Shown here one piece after another: positions 48,311-56,787 of a DNA stretch of 64,000 nucleotides. The position numbers and the translations under genes were made by a program. The notes under the pieces were generated by a model. That model saw only the letters and a program-made list of their open reading frames with translations. It searched no databases and was not told where the DNA came from. Numbering within the stretch: position 1 is the stretch's first letter; each line of letters starts with the position of its first letter. This stretch comes from Abditibacterium sp. (GTDB lineage Bacteria; Armatimonadota; Abditibacteriia; Abditibacteriales; Abditibacteriaceae), in contig CBDASK010000003.1 in the NCBI GenBank assembly GCA_965199495.1, positions 2,144,001 through 2,208,000 of the forward strand, written 5' to 3'.

Positions 48311-48453
48311 CGTAGGTTTCACCTACGGCAGAGGGCTTTGCGCCGGACGTGCTTCGCACTTAATGCAAAAATTTTCAAACCCTCGACTCATCTTTCTATT
48401 CAGTGCGAAGCACGTCCGGCGCAACGCGACTTCTGCCGTAGGTGAAACCTACG
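48311..48453. repeat. REP-like inverted repeat, CGTAGGTTTCACCTACGG family
   Basis: Arms of about 50 bp (48311-48360 and 48402-48453), each with an internal hairpin. Confidence 0.88.
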
Positions 48454-48537
48454 ATTGACAATCAAAATATTCCCATTAACAACGCGTGCCCTTTCCGAAA
48501 CCAAAACGCCGCAAAAAGTCGCTATAATTAAAGCGAA

Positions 48538-50961
48538 ATGAACATTGCTTTTGGAGCGCCCGGCATCGAGCCGCGCTGGACAAATGGCGCCAAAGAAGGC
48601 GTCGGAACCGCTTACGCCGCCTCGTGCCGCGTGTGGTTTACCCTGTGGCGCGGCGTTTTGACCGAAGTCTATTATCCCACCGTTGACCTGCCGCAAATCC
48701 GCGATTTGCAGTTTTTGATTACCGACGAACGCAACTTTCTCCACGAAGAAAAGCGCGATTTGGAAGTTTCAATCGAGCGCATCGAACCAAGTCTGGGTTA
48801 TCGCATTATCAATTCCGACCCGCAGGGCCGCTATCGGTTGGTCAAAGAGATCATCACCGAGCCGCATCTGCCCGCCGTTTTGATGCGCGTGCGTTTGGAA
48901 TGCGACGACGCCAAATTAATGAGTCGCCTGAAGATTTATGCTCTGTGCGCGCCGCATCTCAACGGCGGCGGCATGGAGAACAATGCAGCCACGGCGACTG
49001 TGGCGGGCAAAAAAGTCTTGGTCGCGCACCGCGATGGCGGCGAATTGACATCGGAAACCGTGTGGATGGCGATGGCGCCCGATTGCGAGTGGGGCAAAAC
49101 TTCGGTCGGCTACGTCGGCCAGAGTGACGGCTGGACGGATTTGGATTCGGATTACTCGATGGACTGGGAGTTTGATTCAGCGCCCAACGGTAATCTGGCT
49201 TTGACGGGCGAAGTTTTGGCGCCGCTCGTAGATGGCGCGCGCGAGTTCACGTTGTCGCTGGCGTTTGGCGACGGACGCCACGCGGCTTTGACGACATTGC
49301 TGCAATCGCTGAGTGTGCCGTTTGCCGAGCAACGCGCAAAATTCGTGGCGCAGTGGGCGCGCCCGCAACGGCGCTTGCAGAATTTGGACGATCAATCGGG
49401 CGACGGCGGCAAATTGTTGCGCACTTCGTTCAACGTGCTTTTGGCGCACGAAGATAAGCGTTATCCGGGCGCTTTGATCGCTTCGATGTCGATTCCGTGG
49501 GGCGAGGCCAAGGGCGACGAAGACACCGGTGGCTATCATTTGGTGTGGCCGCGCGACATGGTCAATTCGGCGACCGGTTTGATGGCAGCGGGGCAATCGG
49601 AAACCGCTTACCGTGCCTTAATTTATCTGGCGGCGTCGCAAAGTCCCAACGGTTCGTTCGCGCAAAACTTCTGGATTAACGGCACGCCCTATTTTCGTTC
49701 TTTGCAGTTGGACGAAGTCGCGTTTCCGATTTTGCTGGCGCGCCAGCTTCAGCGCGCCGATTCGCTGGGCGGCTTCGATCCGACCTATTTGGTGACGCGC
49801 GCGGCGCGTTTTTTGGCGTTGAATGGCCCAGTCACGCAGCAAGAACGCTGGGAAGAGGCGAGCGGACTTTCGCCTTCGACGCTGGCTTCGGTTATCGCTT
49901 CGCTGACGGCGGCGGCGGCGTTTCTGCGCGATACCAACGATCCCGATTCGGCCTTAGTTTTGGAAGATTACGCCGATTGGATGGAAGGCAATTTGGACGC
50001 TTGGTGCGCCACGACAACCGGCGAATTGGTCGAGGGCGAACCGCATCATTACGTGCGTATTAATCCGCTCCAAGTTGGCGCGCCGCTCCCGATGCAGCCA
50101 CCGGGCGACGAAACCTATGAACTGACTTCGCAGGAACCCGGTGCGCCGCGCCTTCGCAAAGCGCGCGAGGTGTTCGACGGTGGATTTTTGGAACTGGTGC
50201 GCTACGGAATTCGGCGCGCCGACGATCCGCTCGTTTTGGCGAGCGTGCGCGTGATGGACCAAGTTCTGCGCGTCGAAACGCCGCGTGGCGTCTGCTTTTT
50301 GCGCTATAACGGCGACGGCTATGGCCAACGCGACGATGGCACCGCCTATCACGATCACTGGGGCGTCGGGCGCGCGTGGCCGCTCTTGGGCGGCGAACGC
50401 GGCCACTATGAAATCGCGTTGGGCGCCGAAAACGGCGGCGATCCGCAACCGTATATTTGGTCGCTCGAAGGCTTCGCGTCCAAAACGCATTTGTTGCCCG
50501 AACAGATTTGGACGGAAGAATCGCTGCCCGAAATGCACCTCGAAACGGGCCGCGCGACCGGTTCGGCGCGCCCACTCGCGTGGGCGCACGCCGAATATAT
50601 CAAGTTGCTGCACTCGCGGCGCGAGGGCGCGATTTTCGATTGCGTGCCCTCGGCCAGCGAGCGTTACGTTTCGGGCGCCATCGCGCCGCGCCGCGATTTG
50701 ACGATGTGGGGCCATAACTTTCCCGCGCAAACCGTCGAAGCGGGCACAACGCTGCGATTGATTGGCGGCGATCCGTTTCGCGTGCGCTGGACGAGCGATG
50801 GTTGGAAGAACAAGCGCGATTTCAAGGCGATTGAATTGAAAATGGGCTTGTTTTACGCCGACATTGTGGTGCCCAAAGGCGCCACCAAGTTGGAGTGGAC
50901 GTTCTTTTATACCGAAGCGCTCAAGTGGGACGGCGAGAATTTCGAGATTGACGTCGTTTAG
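48538..50961 (+). CDS. Glucoamylase/glucodextranase (GH15) with N-terminal beta domain
   Basis: VWFTL..G.LTEVYYP, IASMSIPWG, GGYHLVWPRD, QLDEVAFP, QERWEE, LPEQIW, PLAWAHAEY. Confidence 0.93.
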   Translation: MNIAFGAPGIEPRWTNGAKEGVGTAYAASCRVWFTLWRGVLTEVYYPTVDLPQIRDLQFLITDERNFLHEEKRDLEVSIERIEPSLGYRIINSDPQGRYRLVKEIITEPHLPAVLMRVRLECDDAKLMSRLKIYALCAPHLNGGGMENNAATATVAGKKVLVAHRDGGELTSETVWMAMAPDCEWGKTSVGYVGQSDGWTDLDSDYSMDWEFDSAPNGNLALTGEVLAPLVDGAREFTLSLAFGDGRHAALTTLLQSLSVPFAEQRAKFVAQWARPQRRLQNLDDQSGDGGKLLRTSFNVLLAHEDKRYPGALIASMSIPWGEAKGDEDTGGYHLVWPRDMVNSATGLMAAGQSETAYRALIYLAASQSPNGSFAQNFWINGTPYFRSLQLDEVAFPILLARQLQRADSLGGFDPTYLVTRAARFLALNGPVTQQERWEEASGLSPSTLASVIASLTAAAAFLRDTNDPDSALVLEDYADWMEGNLDAWCATTTGELVEGEPHHYVRINPLQVGAPLPMQPPGDETYELTSQEPGAPRLRKAREVFDGGFLELVRYGIRRADDPLVLASVRVMDQVLRVETPRGVCFLRYNGDGYGQRDDGTAYHDHWGVGRAWPLLGGERGHYEIALGAENGGDPQPYIWSLEGFASKTHLLPEQIWTEESLPEMHLETGRATGSARPLAWAHAEYIKLLHSRREGAIFDCVPSASERYVSGAIAPRRDLTMWGHNFPAQTVEAGTTLRLIGGDPFRVRWTSDGWKNKRDFKAIELKMGLFYADIVVPKGATKLEWTFFYTEALKWDGENFEIDVV

Positions 50962-51009
50962 GTATGAACTGTTGGGGGCAGCACCTTTTTCCGATGTTAG
51001 GAATTGCCG

Positions 51010-51504
51010 TTAGTCAAAACTCCGAGAAACATAATAGGTGTTGCCCTTCAACTTCTTTTCAAGAATAATTTCAGTTTGTCTCTGCGCTGGCGGGACGCGA
51101 AATTGCGGCGGAGTTGAAGGGACACTCCAAGCGCCGGGAGCGAAGAGGTTGACAGCATTATATTTCTGCTCGTACTCATCCTTGTGCATATCGGCTGGAG
51201 TTAAAGGACGATTGGACAGCAAGTAACCCTTCAAATTGGAACCTTTGCCTCGCCATATAGAAAAAAGCACCAGCAATAATTTTCCTCTTCGAGTGACATA
51301 AATCTTGCCATCAGAAGTCGCAGACGCCAAATTGGTCGGAAGAGTAACAACTCCTGCGGAATCTGGCTTTAATTTTCGATTCGCTACTGAGGAATAGATG
51401 CGCTCAAATTGCGCCTGTGTGGGTTTAGCCTGACCGTAATTAAAACAGCACGCCAACACAATTCCCATCAGTGAAGCGGCTGCGATGTTTTGAAACTTAT
51501 TCAT
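51010..51504 (-). CDS. Secreted hypothetical protein with atypical (AT-richer) composition
   Basis: Signal peptide; AGA/ATA/TTA codons unlike flanking genes. Confidence 0.6.
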   Translation of the reverse strand: MNKFQNIAAASLMGIVLACCFNYGQAKPTQAQFERIYSSVANRKLKPDSAGVVTLPTNLASATSDGKIYVTRRGKLLLVLFSIWRGKGSNLKGYLLSNRPLTPADMHKDEYEQKYNAVNLFAPGAWSVPSTPPQFRVPPAQRQTEIILEKKLKGNTYYVSRSFD

Positions 51505-51629
51505 GTCATTCTTCTTGGAGTATGGCACATTTAGCTAAGTCACACTTTGCGAAAAACAACAAAATGAGAGCAGTAATATCAACGCTTTTCGCTTTGCGAT
51601 TTCCCCTCCATCTTGTCCCATACTTCGTC

Positions 51630-53336
51630 TTACTCTAAAGGCACGCCGTCGCTAATATGATAGCGATAACCCTGTTCCGTCAAAAATATCTGCCGATTAG
51701 CCGCGAACTCCTGATCGCGCGTGTCGCGTGTCACGAGCGTATAAAAACTCGCCGGGCCGCCGTCTTTTTTCGGGCGCAAAATCCGGCCCAATCGCTGCGC
51801 TTCTTCTTGGCGCGAACCGAACGTGCCGCTCACTTGAATTGCCACGTTCGCTTCGGGCAAATCGAGCGAAAAATTAGCGACTTTGGAGACGATTAATAGC
51901 TTATTTTCGCCCGTGCGAAAATTCTCGAACAGTTTCTCGCGCTCGGCCAATTTGGTTTTGCCGGTCACAATCGGCGCGCCAAAATGCTGCGCAATCGCTT
52001 CCAATTGCTCGATATATTGGCCGATAATCAAAACGTTATCTTCGCTGTGGCGTTCGACTAATTGCTCGGCGATTGCAATTTTGCCCAAATTTCGCGCGGC
52101 GATGCCATACTTCTCCTTGGCAGGAGCCACGGCGTAAGCGGTGCGTTCTTCGGCGGGCAAGGGCAAGCGAATTTCGTAACACGACGCGGCGGCGATCCAG
52201 CCTTGTTTTTCCAAATCGCGCCACGGCACGTCGTATTTGCGCGGGCCGATTAAGGAAAACACGTCGTCTTCGCGGCCATCTTCGCGCACTAAAGTCGCGG
52301 TCAAACCCAATCTCCGGCGCGCCTGAATCTCCGCCGTCACGCGAAAAATCGGCGCGGGCAACAGATGGACTTCGTCGTAAATGATCAAACCCCAATCGCG
52401 CGCGCCGAAAACTTCGAGGTGCGGAAACTCGGCGACATCGGCTTCGGCCTCTTTGGTTTTGGTGCCGCGCTTGCGATAGGACAGGCATTGATACGTCGTG
52501 ACCGTCACCGGTTTAATCTCTTTCTTTTCGCCCGAATATTCGCCAATCGCTTCGGCGGGCAGCGAAGTTTTATCGGCGATTTCGTTCATCCACTGGCGCG
52601 CCGCCACGATATTAGTGCAGACGATCAAAGTGTTGGTATTGGAAACCGCCATCGCGCCGATGCCGACCATCGTTTTGCCCGCGCCGCACGGCAATACGAT
52701 CACGCCGCTCCCGCCGCGCGCTTGGCCGTTTGACCAATACAATTCGACGGCGCGCTTTTGATAATCGCGCATCTGCCACGGTTCGCCATCGGCGCGCGTC
52801 GCTTCCAGTTCGATTTCGAGCGGCGCGCCTTCGACGTATCCGGCCAAATCTTCGACGGGAAAACCAATTTTAATCAGCGCCTGTTTCAAATGCCCGCGCC
52901 GCGACGGTTCGATCTGCAAAGCGCGCCGCGTCGGTCGGCTGATTAAATACGGTTTTATCGCTTTATGATGCTCGATTTCGGTGATAAGCAAATCGTCGTC
53001 GCAGCACAGCCACAGTTCGCCGTCGTCCTGCTTTTCGAGCTTGACTTTGCCATATCTTTCGACCGAATCGAGCAAATCAATGCGCACGTTAGGCGGCAAA
53101 GGCCATTTGCCATATTCGTCCAAAGTGTCGAGCATATCGGCGGAAGAGATGCCCGCCGCCGCCGCGTTCCACAGCGACAACGGCGTGATCCGATAGGTGT
53201 GAACGTGTTCGGGCGCTTTCACCAGTTCGCAAAAGCGGCCCAGCGCGTCGCGCGCGGCTTCGTAGTGAGGATTATCTACTTCGAGTAAAACGGTTTTGTC
53301 GGACTGAACGATGAGCGGGTTAGAAGGTGCGGCCAC
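51630..53336 (-). CDS. xpb: XPB/Ssl2/Rad25-family SF2 helicase/translocase
   Basis: N-terminal PLIVQSDKTVLLEV...PEHVHTYRITPLSLWNA; LPCGAGKT, DEVH, LGLTAT.VRED, SKVANFS.DLP, GSRQEEAQRLGRILR. Confidence 0.96.
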   Translation of the reverse strand: MAAPSNPLIVQSDKTVLLEVDNPHYEAARDALGRFCELVKAPEHVHTYRITPLSLWNAAAAGISSADMLDTLDEYGKWPLPPNVRIDLLDSVERYGKVKLEKQDDGELWLCCDDDLLITEIEHHKAIKPYLISRPTRRALQIEPSRRGHLKQALIKIGFPVEDLAGYVEGAPLEIELEATRADGEPWQMRDYQKRAVELYWSNGQARGGSGVIVLPCGAGKTMVGIGAMAVSNTNTLIVCTNIVAARQWMNEIADKTSLPAEAIGEYSGEKKEIKPVTVTTYQCLSYRKRGTKTKEAEADVAEFPHLEVFGARDWGLIIYDEVHLLPAPIFRVTAEIQARRRLGLTATLVREDGREDDVFSLIGPRKYDVPWRDLEKQGWIAAASCYEIRLPLPAEERTAYAVAPAKEKYGIAARNLGKIAIAEQLVERHSEDNVLIIGQYIEQLEAIAQHFGAPIVTGKTKLAEREKLFENFRTGENKLLIVSKVANFSLDLPEANVAIQVSGTFGSRQEEAQRLGRILRPKKDGGPASFYTLVTRDTRDQEFAANRQIFLTEQGYRYHISDGVPLE

Positions 53337-53367
53337 GGTTTTCAGGATAGCAAATGCGCGAGCGCCA

Positions 53368-53468
53368 TTCGTAGAGACGCCGATTTATCGCGTCTAATAT
53401 GTTGAAGTCGTCGCAAAATTGGCGCGTTCATTGACATTTTAGACGCGATAAATCGGCGTCTCTACGAA
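53368..53468. repeat. REP doublet, CGTAGAGAC family
   Basis: TTCGTAGAGACGCCGATTTATCGCGTCTAA ... TTAGACGCGATAAATCGGCGTCTCTACGAA. Confidence 0.92.
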
Positions 53469-53471
53469 AAC

Positions 53472-56171
53472 TCATCCAAATTGTGCCGGGTTAAATTTCT
53501 CGTCTAAAATCGCGATGCGTGTAATACGGTCAACGCGAAACACGCGGCCCGCTTTGCGCCAGTGATCGTAAGCGCCGATGTAGATGTGCCCGCCATCATT
53601 AAATATCTCTATCGGGTTGATTTTGCGGAGCGCCAGACGCGCTTTGCTTTGATATTCGATGACGACACAACGCGATTCGTCGAGCGCGATTTGCAGCAGA
53701 TTCTCGGTTTGCGTTTCGTCCAATCCGTTTTGCAAATCCACTTCGGTTTCGTCGGGATGCGCGGGCACGAGCGTCTTTTTCTTACGGCTGGCCTGCCCGA
53801 TTTCAATCGAACGATGCGCGGGCTTCGAGCGGCACGGCGTGGCTGCTATCGTCGTTGGTCTGGGCGCTTTGAGATGCGTTTCGGCTTTGCCATCGAACGC
53901 AATGCCACGTTTTTTGAGTTGCGCTTTCAATGCAGCCACGTCGCCTGATTGCACCAAAACGATGCCATCGCTTGCCAGCCACAACAGCGATTTGAGTTCT
54001 TCGATGCTCGCCATTTGCTCGATGATTTCGGGCGCGGCGACCAAAACCTGCATCGAACCCAGCGCGACGGGTTTGACTTCGCCTCCCCAGCCGCGAATCG
54101 TTAGCGTGACGTTGGCTGGAACCGGCGGCGTGCCGCTCGTTTGCAAAAACTTTAAAATATCTTCGGCTTTGACGCCGATTTTCGTCGCGCGCGCGACCGA
54201 TTCGCGCGTGATTTGAAAGCGCGCGGCGGTTGTGCTGGCGGGCAATTCGTCGGCGCATTGTTCGATTTTGGAGCGCAACCACAAATCTAAATTGCCTTTG
54301 GGCACGACGATTTCCAGATTTTCGTTCGTCGAAAACGCCTGTTCGGTTTCGATGCTATAATCGAAAGCGCGCGCGCCTTTAGTCGCTAAAAACGTGCGTG
54401 CCGCCTCCAAATAACGCGGCTCGACGACCACCCACAATGGCGAAAGTCGCGTCGCGGCGCCATCGGGCAAACTCGCCATGAACGCGTCCATTTCGGCGGG
54501 GGTGTCGGATTCGAGTATTGTCGCCGAGGGCCGAATCGTCTGGCTTTCCCACAAACTTTCCCAATCGTTGAGCGAATACTCGATGTTTTGCGGCACGCCG
54601 CTGCGACTGTGTTGCGCCAAAAAATCGCGCATTTGCGTGGCGGACAAACCGTCTTGAAACCCGCGATAAACCGATTCGCGATCCAACTTGTAATGCGCCA
54701 CGCGCTCGGCGCTCTCGCGCGTGGCGAAGCGTTCGAGTTGATATAAAGTCTGCAAATGATGGGCTTCGGTGTAGGCCAAAATCTCGAAATTGGGCTGAAT
54801 AATCAACGGTTTTTCGCCCGCCGTTTCGTCGTCGCTGGCGGGCAATTCGGTCGTGAGACCCAGCAGATGCGCGCCCGACGGCGAGAGGCGAAACGCCACG
54901 GCTTCGCCCGATTTGTCGCGCGCGATGGCGACAATTCCCAGCCAACTGAGCGGCTCAGTAAGCATTTGGCGCACAAAACGGCCTTCCACGTTGTCCCAAT
55001 CTATCGTGCGCTGAAATTTATTTTCCCAGCGGTTCGCTCCGACGGGCCAAAATCCCCGATAAAATCCGCCGTCGCGTTGACCGCTGTAATAATGGTGCTG
55101 GTTTTCGCGCGGAATCAGAAATTCGGAATTCTCGGTTTTAATTAAACTTCGCAACGAAGCCAGCGCTTGCCACTGCCCCAGCGTTTCGCGCCCGGCGCGC
55201 TTCAAAATGCCGACCAAATAGGCACGCGCGGTGGGCAGGGCTTCGCTCGTGGGAATGTCGTTGCTGCCATAACCCCACTGCTGCGTTTGGCGGCGCGGCA
55301 CGATTTGCGATTCGGTTTCAATTTCGGGAATCCGAAAAAACTCGCTCCAATTTTCTAATTTAATCCACGCCTCAAACAATCTTTCGACCTGCTCGCGCGC
55401 CGGGCGCGCGAAGAATGCCGAAGCGTCTGGTGCGGGCGCAATCTTCTCGCGTTTCTGTTTCAATAATCCGGTTTCAAACGCCAGCGCGAGGGCGAAACCT
55501 TTCATATTGACTTGTTCTTTGAGATGATTGTCGAGCGCTTTCAAATCGGTTTTACGCAATGTGCCCGCCGTTTTGGTGAGCGTGATTTCGCGTTCGCCCG
55601 CCCAGCGCACGACGCTCCACACGACGTGCAAGAGCGGCGTGGCTGCCTGTTCCTCGATGGAATACGGTTCTTCATTATAGGCTTCGAGCGCGTGCGTTGG
55701 TTTGGGCAATTCGATGGAATCGTTCGCCAATTCGAGCGCGGTTTTGGTACCCTCAATGCCATATTGCGCGTCCAAATCCCAGTTGGAGTAGCGCCCGTCG
55801 GCGACGCGCCAGATTTCGTGGCGCACGTTGCCGGGCGTGTTAAACAGCACCAAAGCCTGCCGCATCAGTTCGTGCAGATGATTATCGAAATTGCCGATGC
55901 CGACCGCGTTCGCCTCGACTTTGAGCGCGTGAACGGTACTGCTGCCGCCCTGCTCGCGCAACAATCGCAGCAAAACTTTCTGCTGCGCGCTCAGTTGCTC
56001 GAAAGCCGCGCGCGTGCCGTCTTCATCGCCGATGACTTTGACCATCGCGTCAATTACGTCGCGCTTGGTGGTCTGCTTTTGATACGCGCCGCGCGCCTTG
56101 ACCATCATCGCCAGCGACGGGCCAGCATAAAGATCGAGTTGCTGCTTGAGATTTTGAGTATTTTGCGCCAT
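53472..56171 (-). CDS. XPB-associated protein (899 aa): winged-helix-like region, two Helicase_C_3 (XPB-NTD/p52-clutch-like) domains and a C-terminal WYL domain
   Basis: LIIQPNFEILAYTE...YKLDRESV..G...G......FL..HS...VPQNIEYSL.DW; second copy FQITRESV.RA...G.....IL.FL......PVPANV..TI..W; WYL IEY......R.I.P.......YIGAYDH.R...R.FR.DRI. Confidence 0.9.
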   Translation of the reverse strand: MAQNTQNLKQQLDLYAGPSLAMMVKARGAYQKQTTKRDVIDAMVKVIGDEDGTRAAFEQLSAQQKVLLRLLREQGGSSTVHALKVEANAVGIGNFDNHLHELMRQALVLFNTPGNVRHEIWRVADGRYSNWDLDAQYGIEGTKTALELANDSIELPKPTHALEAYNEEPYSIEEQAATPLLHVVWSVVRWAGEREITLTKTAGTLRKTDLKALDNHLKEQVNMKGFALALAFETGLLKQKREKIAPAPDASAFFARPAREQVERLFEAWIKLENWSEFFRIPEIETESQIVPRRQTQQWGYGSNDIPTSEALPTARAYLVGILKRAGRETLGQWQALASLRSLIKTENSEFLIPRENQHHYYSGQRDGGFYRGFWPVGANRWENKFQRTIDWDNVEGRFVRQMLTEPLSWLGIVAIARDKSGEAVAFRLSPSGAHLLGLTTELPASDDETAGEKPLIIQPNFEILAYTEAHHLQTLYQLERFATRESAERVAHYKLDRESVYRGFQDGLSATQMRDFLAQHSRSGVPQNIEYSLNDWESLWESQTIRPSATILESDTPAEMDAFMASLPDGAATRLSPLWVVVEPRYLEAARTFLATKGARAFDYSIETEQAFSTNENLEIVVPKGNLDLWLRSKIEQCADELPASTTAARFQITRESVARATKIGVKAEDILKFLQTSGTPPVPANVTLTIRGWGGEVKPVALGSMQVLVAAPEIIEQMASIEELKSLLWLASDGIVLVQSGDVAALKAQLKKRGIAFDGKAETHLKAPRPTTIAATPCRSKPAHRSIEIGQASRKKKTLVPAHPDETEVDLQNGLDETQTENLLQIALDESRCVVIEYQSKARLALRKINPIEIFNDGGHIYIGAYDHWRKAGRVFRVDRITRIAILDEKFNPAQFG

Positions 56172-56194
56172 AAAATCAGTTCGTGTCGCGCGCT

Positions 56195-56410
56195 TTACTG
56201 GGCCGTTGGCGCGACGATGCGCGGCAAATGTCCGTTTTTGCGCAGGGCTTTGATGAGCGGCTCGGCGGCGCTGGCATCGAGCAAAACCGCGCGCGGCGAG
56301 ATGACTTTGACCAATTGCGATTGCAAGCGGCTTTGCTGAAGCAATTCTTCCCACGCGGCGTCGCGCGTCACGGTGAGCAGGGCGAGTTTATCGTGGAGCG
56401 TAAATGACAT
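56195..56410 (-). CDS. 71-aa protein resembling the XPB DRD / TFIIH p8 fold
   Basis: ATG at 56410; LALLTV..D...EELL....L...LVKVISPRAVLL......LIKALRKNG.LP parallels the XPB segment LWLCCDDDLLITEI...IKPYLISRPTRRALQI....GHLKQALIKIGFP in this same operon; ends 23 bp before the next ATG. Confidence 0.72.
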   Translation of the reverse strand: MSFTLHDKLALLTVTRDAAWEELLQQSRLQSQLVKVISPRAVLLDASAAEPLIKALRKNGHLPRIVAPTAQ

Positions 56411-56693
56411 TTGAGAAAATGAAGTATTCCACTTTCGACCAGCCACGCCGACCCATCGCGCCCGCACAACTCTTCCCTGTCAACACGCAAAAACTTATCC
56501 ATATCAGGGAAAACCCCTGCCGAAAAATAAATTTTTACCAGTGGCCCGCGTTATCTCACAAAAGAAAATCAAAGGGTCTCGTGCCATTTGCAGCGGCAGC
56601 ACCGACACTCAATTTCATAATCGAGTGCCCGCCGTAGCGTCGTGGCGCTTTAAATTAGAAAGAGTGTGCGCAGGGGAAAAGCGGAACAGATGG

Positions 56694-56702
56694 TGGTATA
56701 AT
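56694..56702 (+). promoter_or_regulatory. Extended -10 promoter element for dnaB
   Basis: TGGTATAAT (TGnTATAAT) about 85 bp upstream of the ATG. Confidence 0.6.
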
Positions 56703-56787
56703 TGCATCTTCACCTGTCCGCCGTTCCGCGATTTACGACGCCCATTCGCCGCCCACACGAAGTCGAAATCGCCAGCGCGAAAATTCC

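Noticed and set aside
56172..56354. Upstream extension of the 960-aa ORF
   Set aside because: Overlaps the better-supported 71-aa gene in another frame; ATG 56171 is the more plausible start
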